A stretch of 32,000 nt of DNA from Promethearchaeota archaeon (GTDB lineage: Archaea > Asgardarchaeota > Lokiarchaeia > Sigyniarchaeales > SOKP01): positions 330,001 through 362,000 of the forward strand of contig JAUWGH010000003.1 in the NCBI GenBank assembly GCA_030606485.1. Direction: 5' to 3'. Positions 24,566-32,000 of the stretch are shown here, piece by piece. Every line of letters starts with the position of its first letter. The first letter of the stretch is position 1. The notes below the pieces were generated by a model. It made no database searches, was not told where the DNA came from, and saw nothing but the letters and a program-made list of their open reading frames with translations. A program made the position numbers and the translations under genes.

Positions 24566-27500
24566 TTAAATACTACCAGGAATTGGTATAAAATATCTAA
24601 AATCTATTAGATCATATGTATTAGCAACTATTTCTTCCTTCGATTTTTTAGGTAAGGCTGAAATTAAGTAAGTTAATAATTTACTGATAAAAAATGATTT
24701 GTAATCTATTTCTAATGTCTTGGCTAAAGAAATTATGTTTTTCTGAAGGAGATTCAATTTTATTCTATGTGGATTTTTATTTACAATGTGAGGAAAAGAT
24801 AAATTCAATTTTAATACTTGATTAATAAGTTCCATATGATCACTGAAAGGTCTAAGATCACCAGAGAATACTTCTAAATATTTTTCGTATTTTTTCTCAA
24901 ATTCTTCAATAAATTGCGAAACTAATATCTTTAGATTCTCTGAAGGTTCAGATGTTAATGTTAATGCCAATCGAATAAATTTTCCATCTTGAAGAAAAAT
25001 AATGTAATCTTGGTAATCTATTTTAAAACCACCCGTAGATTCTTCCAATTTAGCACCTGGCTTTAATTCATATTTAAATTCCATAATTGCTTGAAGGAAA
25101 CCACTCACTAAAGTACCATCAAATTTAATTTGTCTAAATTCCTTCGTTATTAAAGCAAGGCCACTTAATTTATGGATAACTATTAAATATTCAATGTTTA
25201 GTATATCTGAAAATTTATTAGTTTTTTCGTACCAAATTTGTTTTCTCTTCTTTTTCCTTGAGTAATTTACTAAAATATAAGAGGTAATTATTAATAAAAA
25301 GCCCGCAATAAAAGGAATCAAAAGTAAAAATTCTGAAATAAATTGTTCTGTTGTTGATCTAACATCTATATTCGTTATACTGATACTTGAGTTTCTATTA
25401 TTAATAGTTCCGTCGAAAAGAACTTTTATTTCTATTGAATTAACTTTTCCTATAATATGGTGAACAATAGCATATCCATTATTACCAGTAATTGTGGGAA
25501 TGTTAATAACTAATAAATCTCCATTCTCAGAGATTTCTATTATTTGAAAAATAATTGATTCATTTGCTAATGGATTTTCTCCGGATTTTAAAATCACTTC
25601 AAGTTCAATCAAATCATCCCAAACATAAAAATCCTTAAAATTATTAAGAAATTCTAAGCTACTATTTTCTCTTTTCAATACAGTTATATTTATTGATGTT
25701 TCTACTGGTGTGTAGTCAGAAGCATTCATTTCAATTTTAACTTCATATATTCCTGGATTTAAATTACCAAGATTTAAAGTTCCTTGATACCACCCAAAAT
25801 TTGAGACTACTGGTATAAATTCGTCAGAATATGGAATAAATCCTTCGATTTTCATCTTTACATGAGCATCCAAAATATCTTGCTGACGAAATGTATCTTT
25901 TAATATAACAATTAATTCAAGGTCTTGCTCTTGATATAAAGTTAAATTACGAAAATCTTCTGAAATTTCAATAGTTGAAGGATAAGGATTGATATAAACA
26001 GATCTTTCTTCAAAATAAGTTCTAAATTTGGGTTTTGTTATAGTAATTTTTAGGTTATAAGTTTCATTAATATTAAGGTTAGTGGAATCTAAAAATAGTT
26101 TGAAAATACCTGGTTCAGTGGAAGCGAAACTCAATTTATTTTCTCCCAGATAAGCATTTATTAAAGCTGTTTCAATTGGACCGTAAGCATATGAGAGATT
26201 GAGAATTACACTTTTACTCAGGTCATTTGTATAAACGACGGGAATCGGATCAAGATCAACATTAAAATCTGCTGGTATAAATGTCAGATTATAATTTATA
26301 CTTGATTCATTATAAGTAATATTACTTTCACGAGCTTTGCTAGCTTTTATGGTTAAATTATAATAACCAATATCTAAATAATCTAAAAGAAAAGTGATAT
26401 TGTATCTATTTGGTATTTCTGAAACAATATATGCATAAGAGGGAATTAAATCAGTCCCATTATTAATTATAAATTGTCCATTAGTTAGATTTTCTTTTTG
26501 AGCTTTGCTTTCATCATGGAATCTCACGCATACAAATGGAGTATCTCCATATATAACATTTTGGGGTGAATGTGAAAGAATTGTTAAATTGGTGATATGT
26601 GGTGGGTTATATATTTTGAATGTATCATTTTGATTAACTTCTAAATAACTTCCAATTTTTATCGCATAAAATTCAATAGTTAAATTTTCTAATTCTCTAC
26701 CATCAAATAATATTTCAGTTAATAATGTGATATCATAGTTTCCATCATTATGATCAAAAATATTATAAGCTATATCACTTATGGATTGCCTTCCACCATT
26801 TTCTGCTGAAAAATTTACCCAAATTGAAAAATCAACATCAGAAACACTTTCATTAGTAATAGAATCATTTAAGTAAATATAGTAAGTAGCATAATCTCCT
26901 AAGACAAATGTATTATTTTCTTTATTAGCTCCAGTAATTGTCATATTAAGGGATCTATATTTGATATTTAAAGTTGAATTATACGTATAACTAGAGAAAT
27001 ACATATTTTCTGCTGTAAAGTTAATAAGATAATCTCCAGCGGGTAAATCAGGTTGGGTTGTATCAATTGTTATATTTAATAATCCTGTATTTATTGAATC
27101 GATGTAATAATGCTTATATTCCGATAATGACTTCCAAGTGCCAGAGGTGGAATTTATTTGAACGATTAAATCGTCTAAATCTAATGATTCATTATTATAT
27201 GAATTATTTATAGAAAAGAGATAAGAAGCAAAATTATTTTTATAAACTAAAGAATTAGATTCTAATAATATCATATTCATTTGAGATAAGGTTACATTAA
27301 ATACTAATGTTTCAATTCCTGCCATAGTGCCATTATTAGAATGAATTTGTAATCTAATTTGTGTATTATTTTCTTTCGCACCAGTATCCTGATCAGGGCG
27401 CCATATAGGAAAGAAAAAATTACTTTCAGTAATATTATCTTCAAGTATTACATCTAATACAGAAGTATATATATACATTGAAGTAGCACCATTGGAGTTA

Positions 27501-28945
27501 TTAAATTGAACAGAAACATTTATATAATCCGTTATATTAGCAAAATTCATAATATTAATCCATGTTTGATTATTATTACTTGATTGGATTTGAGTGCTTA
27601 AAATTGCATTAGTTTGATTAAAGGTACATCTCCAGTTATTGTTTGAGATATTAAGAAGATCAATAAAATTTGGATTAACAATAACTTCAGTATCGCTAAA
27701 TAACACACTTTCATTATAGGTGCAATTATACCTCCAGAATTTAGGTTTATAAAAACGTGCAGTATTATTTCGAGAATCGCTTGGAAAATGATTCATAAAT
27801 AAAGTTGAATTCCATAAGATGTCTTTTCCAACTGTCGCATTAAAAGTAGAAGAAGATTTTGTGTTATATTTAAAATTTCCTAGAAAAGATACATTATATT
27901 TTACCTCATTAAACCATAATGAAGATATTGGAATGTGAAATTGATTATTTTCATTTGGAAAAAAGGCTTGATTATGATAAATTCCAGAAATATTAACTGG
28001 TGTGCCAAATACGGTTAAATTTATTTGATCTGGCGTTGGTGTGTTGGTTAATGGAGCTAAATTTACTTTAAGTAAGCCATTTTTTCCAGTTTGTTCAATC
28101 CATGAATCACTTAAGGGAAATCTTTTATAAAAAATATTTTCATATTGATCATTTGGTTCCTCGAAAGCATAGAAAATAAAACCCCGTTTATCCATAAATC
28201 CACCATAAGCAATATCAATTACATGAAATACAGCAAAAAATGTATTATTAACAGTTTTTGATATATTCAAAATTATATTAGTATAATTTGCTTGATACCA
28301 TTTAGCTGGTTGATAATATACTTCATTTTCTAAATCAAAAGTGAAATTATCATAAGCATCATCTAAAGTCTCATTTGGAACTATTTTACTGTTTTCATCA
28401 ATAGTAGCATTATAAATCCTAATGGTAAATATGGATTGGCCTGATGGTACACCAATTTCTCCCGGATATTGAATAAGCATTGAGATATTTCTAACATAAC
28501 ATGAATTTGGAATTTCAAATGATGAGGAATAATAATCGTCAGTATCATTAAATTCATCAGCATCACCACTTCTTATTTCAAAGGGAATATATTTTTCAGT
28601 AGTATATAGACTTGTAAAATTTAACTCAAAATTTGTCATATTCCAACCAAGAACGGAATTATTGTATGTAATACCACTATCTTCAGTAGTTTGATTTATA
28701 AAAGTGAAATTTCTAGAGGAATAGAGAGAGACATTTTGAGAAAGACCCACATCGATAAAAGAACCTTGGCCAATCTCGGCAGAATTTTTAAGTTTCTGAC
28801 CATAGGAATCTTCATATATAATTTCATTATTATCTGATTTTAAATCATTTCCAAATAGAGTAAGATCTGAAATAACTATTTGAAAAACTGATATAGTAAC
28901 AATTAAACAGCCTAAAAATATTATCCACTTATTATTTTTCCTCAA
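24566..28945 (-). CDS. Large cell-surface receptor-like glycoprotein: N-terminal signal/anchor, about 1170-aa beta-rich ectodomain, one TM, cytoplasmic longin-like domain and helical/wHTH tail (TTG start)
   Basis: Hydrophobic aa 7-25. Many N-x-S/T sequons. TM 'FLLLIPFIAGFLLIITSYILV' followed by RKKKRK. Then YLIVIHKLSGLALI...TLVSGFLQAIMEF...RLALTL...LVSQFIEEFEKKY. Confidence 0.85.
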   Translation of the reverse strand: MRKNNKWIIFLGCLIVTISVFQIVISDLTLFGNDLKSDNNEIIYEDSYGQKLKNSAEIGQGSFIDVGLSQNVSLYSSRNFTFINQTTEDSGITYNNSVLGWNMTNFELNFTSLYTTEKYIPFEIRSGDADEFNDTDDYYSSSFEIPNSCYVRNISMLIQYPGEIGVPSGQSIFTIRIYNATIDENSKIVPNETLDDAYDNFTFDLENEVYYQPAKWYQANYTNIILNISKTVNNTFFAVFHVIDIAYGGFMDKRGFIFYAFEEPNDQYENIFYKRFPLSDSWIEQTGKNGLLKVNLAPLTNTPTPDQINLTVFGTPVNISGIYHNQAFFPNENNQFHIPISSLWFNEVKYNVSFLGNFKYNTKSSSTFNATVGKDILWNSTLFMNHFPSDSRNNTARFYKPKFWRYNCTYNESVLFSDTEVIVNPNFIDLLNISNNNWRCTFNQTNAILSTQIQSSNNNQTWINIMNFANITDYINVSVQFNNSNGATSMYIYTSVLDVILEDNITESNFFFPIWRPDQDTGAKENNTQIRLQIHSNNGTMAGIETLVFNVTLSQMNMILLESNSLVYKNNFASYLFSINNSYNNESLDLDDLIVQINSTSGTWKSLSEYKHYYIDSINTGLLNITIDTTQPDLPAGDYLINFTAENMYFSSYTYNSTLNIKYRSLNMTITGANKENNTFVLGDYATYYIYLNDSITNESVSDVDFSIWVNFSAENGGRQSISDIAYNIFDHNDGNYDITLLTEILFDGRELENLTIEFYAIKIGSYLEVNQNDTFKIYNPPHITNLTILSHSPQNVIYGDTPFVCVRFHDESKAQKENLTNGQFIINNGTDLIPSYAYIVSEIPNRYNITFLLDYLDIGYYNLTIKASKARESNITYNESSINYNLTFIPADFNVDLDPIPVVYTNDLSKSVILNLSYAYGPIETALINAYLGENKLSFASTEPGIFKLFLDSTNLNINETYNLKITITKPKFRTYFEERSVYINPYPSTIEISEDFRNLTLYQEQDLELIVILKDTFRQQDILDAHVKMKIEGFIPYSDEFIPVVSNFGWYQGTLNLGNLNPGIYEVKIEMNASDYTPVETSINITVLKRENSSLEFLNNFKDFYVWDDLIELEVILKSGENPLANESIIFQIIEISENGDLLVINIPTITGNNGYAIVHHIIGKVNSIEIKVLFDGTINNRNSSISITNIDVRSTTEQFISEFLLLIPFIAGFLLIITSYILVNYSRKKKRKQIWYEKTNKFSDILNIEYLIVIHKLSGLALITKEFRQIKFDGTLVSGFLQAIMEFKYELKPGAKLEESTGGFKIDYQDYIIFLQDGKFIRLALTLTSEPSENLKILVSQFIEEFEKKYEKYLEVFSGDLRPFSDHMELINQVLKLNLSFPHIVNKNPHRIKLNLLQKNIISLAKTLEIDYKSFFISKLLTYLISALPKKSKEEIVANTYDLIDFRYFIPIPGSI

Positions 28946-29159
28946 AAATACTCAACCATTTAAAATTGAAAATTTAAACCTTAAGAGTTACTTGTGAGAA
29001 TAATAAAAAATATGGATTATAAATCTTCTTTTTTTTTTACAAAATAATTAAAAAATGGAATAATGGATTTGATCTCATTGTACATCTAGTTTTATTGGAA
29101 ATCTTATTAAAAAGTTACCTTAAATTGAAAAATTTTAATTTTTTTTTCAGATTTTAAAA

Positions 29160-29199
29160 GGCAATAGGTGATAATTTAATCACCTATTTTAATTCTGCC
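29160..29199. terminator. Strong hairpin downstream of the 98-aa gene; intrinsic-terminator-like or a palindromic operator
   Basis: AATAGGTGAT-AATTTA-ATCACCTATT (29163-29188, 10-bp arms) plus outer GGCA/TGCC. Followed by TTTT on the minus strand. Confidence 0.5.
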
Positions 29200-29225
29200 A
29201 CAAGTTTGAATTGAAATAGAATTTA

Positions 29226-29522
29226 TCATTTTTTTTTCTTTTTCGCTTTCATATCTTTTTCTTTTGCAAGAATAGCCTCTTCCATAGACTCATTAAGTTC
29301 TTTTGATTTTCCTTCAAATCTAAATTTTCCAAAAATCTTACTTTCCTCTCTCTGCCCAGATGTTGAGATTTTTTCAAATGTTAAAGTAATATCATTCTCG
29401 TTTTTAAGGGCATAATTAACGAAGTTTATAAATCCTATATGTTTACTTGGAGCAATATTAAACTTTATTGATGAATCTTTTCCTTTCTTGTTTTTTACTT
29501 TTAAAACTAGCCTTAACTTCAA
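29226..29522 (-). CDS. Small Lys-rich hypothetical protein (98 aa, TTG start)
   Basis: Occupies otherwise empty space and has alternating beta-strand-like patterns and a KAKKKKK tail. No family recognised. Confidence 0.7.
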   Translation of the reverse strand: MKLRLVLKVKNKKGKDSSIKFNIAPSKHIGFINFVNYALKNENDITLTFEKISTSGQREESKIFGKFRFEGKSKELNESMEEAILAKEKDMKAKKKKK

Positions 29523-29851
29523 GATTTATTAACCTACTTAAGAGGAAATTTATATTTATTTATATTTCTACAATTAATAATTATATTAAAAATTAATAGA
29601 TATTAAAAAATACCGATATTAAAAATTTGGACAATTAAAAATAGATTCAGAATCATTTCAGATTGTATGTTTTTAAAAATTAAAAAAAAAATTAATTACT
29701 TATATTAATTATTCGATAAAAATATAGAAAAGGAAATAAAAAAAGTAGGATCGTAAAAGCTTTATTTCTAAAAATACTTTAAGTACTCAAAGATTATTAA
29801 AGATTATTTTGATTTATTGTTAAAGATCATTATTTATAGAGTATAAGAACC

Positions 29852-30508
29852 ATGAATAAAAATTCCGGAAATAAAAAATTAAAAGTAGAAGATGAATGGG
29901 AAGGCTATGATTATATAGCTAATTTGACATATAAAATAGAGAATGTTGTTGGGACGGTAGTTACAGATATTATCGAACCAGTTGATTTGAATCTAATTGC
30001 AGCCCATGATGAAAGTGTTCAATACAATCCTGAAAGATTTCCAGGGTTAGTTATGAGAATTGAAAAGCCACGTGGCACCGCCTTAATATTTTCTACAGGA
30101 AAAATGGTTATTACAGGTCTTAGAGCAGCATCTGAAGCAGACAAAGTTGTTCAAAAAATTATCAAGAATATAAAAAAAGTGGGAATAGAAATGAAAAATC
30201 CTGTTATAACCGTTCAAAATATTGTAGCAAGTGGGGATCTCCATACAAACATAGATTTAAATATGGCTACTGTCGTAATGGACGATGCAATGTATGAGCC
30301 TGAGGTTTTCCCCGGATTGATTTATAGAATGCAAGATCCAAAAACAGTATTTCTTGTTTTTTCAACTGGAAGAATTGTCTGTACTGGGGCAAAAACCAAA
30401 CAAACAGTTCGAGAAGCAGTTCTCAAATTAAACAAGTATGTTCGAGAGATAGGAATTGCCAAGAAGAATTTAGAACCATATAATTATGGTGAATTTGATT
30501 TTCTCTAA
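29852..30508 (+). CDS. tbp: TATA-box-binding protein
   Basis: Two direct repeats: IENVVGT / VQNIVAS, YNPERFPGLVMR / YEPEVFPGLIYR, IFSTGKMVITG / VFSTGRIVCTG. Confidence 0.98.
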   Translation: MNKNSGNKKLKVEDEWEGYDYIANLTYKIENVVGTVVTDIIEPVDLNLIAAHDESVQYNPERFPGLVMRIEKPRGTALIFSTGKMVITGLRAASEADKVVQKIIKNIKKVGIEMKNPVITVQNIVASGDLHTNIDLNMATVVMDDAMYEPEVFPGLIYRMQDPKTVFLVFSTGRIVCTGAKTKQTVREAVLKLNKYVREIGIAKKNLEPYNYGEFDFL

Positions 30509-30511
30509 CTA

Positions 30512-30539
30512 TTTTTATTTTTTTTTAAGTTTTTTTTTT
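30512..30539 (+). terminator. T-rich terminator-like tract after tbp
   Basis: Consecutive T5/T9/T10 runs begin 3 nt after the stop. Confidence 0.5.
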
Positions 30540-30644
30540 AATACTTTGAGATTTATTATAAAATAATATATTACATTGAGTAAAATATTTAATAGAGATT
30601 GACAATAATATTAGTTGAATTTATTATTAAAACTGATTAGAAAC

Positions 30645-31439
30645 ATGTCTTCAAAACTTTTCTCATACTTATTGAAAAATAATCAATGGATAAAGTCTGA
30701 TGCGATTTCCATTGATGATGTCACAGTTTTAGTGGATACTACGAGAGATATCATCTGGTATTTAGAAGAAAAGAAAGCAACAGCAAGAAAAAAATTTGAA
30801 GCTAGAGGGCTTTTAGGAGAATTAAAGAAAAAGTATGAACCATACAAATTTAAGAAAATAGATCATAGAGCCCCCATTGATGTTTTAGAAAAAATAGAGG
30901 AATTGAAGAAAAGCACTTCACATCTAAGTATGAAATTTAGAGGTAAAGAGATTCAAGAATTTTCAAAATACTTGTATTTTTTAAATATTGTTGCTGGAGT
31001 ATTACAAGTAATTTGCATGATAATCATCACATGGGCACTTTCTTGGCCCCAGGTTTATGATTCACAATCTTATTTGAATTATATTATAAATTCTAATCAC
31101 TTTTACTTTTATATAGAATTAGATTCACTATTACTCTTTTTCTCCTTGATAATTTTTATATTTACATCATTTTTTGGAATAATAATTTTAAGAAGAAAAA
31201 TATTCACTACGAGTTCAATATTTTTAGCAGTAATAATATTTTTATCATTAATATATATTAGAATTGGACCTACATTATTATATTTTCAAGCCACCTCACC
31301 TTTTCCTAATATTTTAATAAGAGTAGATGCTTTCTTATTTTTCATTATTGGAGTAGATATAATTTTATTTGTATCTATTGTGGGCTCAATTATCCCAGGA
31401 ACTTATTGGTTAATAAAGAAGAATATTAAAAAAATTTAG
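30645..31439 (+). CDS. Gelsolin-like N-terminal domain fused to a four-TM membrane domain (ORF track starts at TTG 30615; ATG 30645 preferred)
   Basis: DDVTVLVDTTRDIIWYLEEKKATARKKFEARGLLGELKKKY resembles the gelsolin-repeat core (D.v.lvD...iw.w.G..a....k..a). Four hydrophobic helices follow. Confidence 0.6.
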   Translation: MSSKLFSYLLKNNQWIKSDAISIDDVTVLVDTTRDIIWYLEEKKATARKKFEARGLLGELKKKYEPYKFKKIDHRAPIDVLEKIEELKKSTSHLSMKFRGKEIQEFSKYLYFLNIVAGVLQVICMIIITWALSWPQVYDSQSYLNYIINSNHFYFYIELDSLLLFFSLIIFIFTSFFGIIILRRKIFTTSSIFLAVIIFLSLIYIRIGPTLLYFQATSPFPNILIRVDAFLFFIIGVDIILFVSIVGSIIPGTYWLIKKNIKKI

Positions 31440-31472
31440 GATTTCATTTAAGTTATTTTTAAATGTAAAATA

Positions 31473-32000
31473 ATGCCATCAAAATTTCGATTACGCTACA
31501 TTTTTAGACCGCTAATTAATAAGTTAGCAAAAATATTAGGAAGAATTGGTCTTACTCCGAATTATGCAACTGCAATTATGCTCATTTTATCTTTTTTTTG
31601 TTTTATTTTTCTTACTGTTTTGAAAATTGAATGGCTATTTGGGATTTTTGTTTTTTTAGTAGGTATATTCGATGGAATAGATGGCGCAATTGCAAGACTT
31701 TTGAAAAAGGAATCAAAATTTGGAGGATTTTTGGATTCAATTGCTGATAGATTCTCTGAAATTATAATTTTCTTAGCAATTTTACTCTATTTTGGGAACC
31801 AAAAATTTTGGAATTTGATTGAAATTAATTTTATTATTTACATTTCATTGGGAGCCTCCCTTCTTATTAGCTATGCTCGAACACGAGCACAAAATATTTC
31901 TTCAGGAGATTTTGATATTGGATTAATGGGACGATCTGAAAGATTATTTTTTATCTCAATATCTTCTATTTTAGGGTGGCTTTGGGAGTGCCTTCCCATA
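31473..32000 (+). CDS. CDP-alcohol phosphatidyltransferase, probably archaetidylinositol phosphate synthase-like (3'-truncated; not in ORF track)
   Basis: Manual translation MPSKFRLRYIFRPLINKLAKILGRIGLTPN...FDGIDGAIARLLKKESKFGGFLDSIADRFSE...SYARTRA contains the D-x2-D-G-x2-A-R...G-x3-D-x3-D signature. Confidence 0.93.
   Translation, partial: MPSKFRLRYIFRPLINKLAKILGRIGLTPNYATAIMLILSFFCFIFLTVLKIEWLFGIFVFLVGIFDGIDGAIARLLKKESKFGGFLDSIADRFSEIIIFLAILLYFGNQKFWNLIEINFIIYISLGASLLISYARTRAQNISSGDFDIGLMGRSERLFFISISSILGWLWECLPI

Noticed and set aside
22727-28569. Shadow ORFs 22727-22915 (-) and 28381-28569 (+)
   Set aside because: Antisense to well-supported genes.
29160-29228. TGA-TAA end of the 98-aa gene plus downstream hairpin as selenocysteine/SECIS
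   Set aside because: Recoding would give poly-Lys-Sec with no redox context. The hairpin lacks the AUGA/GA quartet of eukaryote-like SECIS and the GAA/A loop plus G-C pairs of methanococcal SECIS.
1-32000. CRISPR array, tRNA, rRNA, integrase or transposase
   Set aside because: No regularly spaced repeats, no cloverleaf or T-loop motif, no long GC-rich non-coding stretch, and no DDE or tyrosine-recombinase motif seen.

Overview
AT-rich archaeal chromosomal window (roughly 28% GC by eye). It is most consistent with an Asgard archaeon of the Lokiarchaeia/Promethearchaeota type. The evidence is TBP, a split archaeal methylmalonyl-CoA mutase, an archaeal-type CDP-alcohol phosphotransferase, longin-like and gelsolin-like domains, and frequent TTG/GTG starts; the taxon is an inference. 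From left to right it contains: (1) a partial ABC-type permease; (2) a TPR protein plus a stand-alone receiver; (3) a divergent acyl-CoA catabolic cluster (thiolase, crotonase, isovaleryl-type ACAD, B12 mutase large subunit | ACAD, EtfB, EtfA, CoA-Nudix, GNAT) followed by an FGE-fold protein; (4) a wHTH-TPR regulator divergent from an 80-aa ORF and an unannotated 29-aa sORF, with a repeat/palindrome element between them; (5) a ZIP transporter and a DtxR-family regulator with altered metal ligands, preceded by two 16-bp palindromes; (6) unknown membrane and secreted proteins and a 7TM protein; (7) a soluble longin-wHTH protein convergent with a 1459-aa receptor-like protein carrying a cytoplasmic longin-like domain; (8) tbp, a gelsolin-like-domain 4TM protein and a partial CDP-alcohol phosphotransferase. 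No rRNA, tRNA, CRISPR array or intact mobile element was seen. The best leads are the RRNPP-like wHTH-TPR/peptide locus, the membrane-anchored gelsolin-like protein, the longin receptor pair, the rewired DtxR with candidate operators, and a probable ATA start for etfA. Family assignments come from motif recognition, not database searches.
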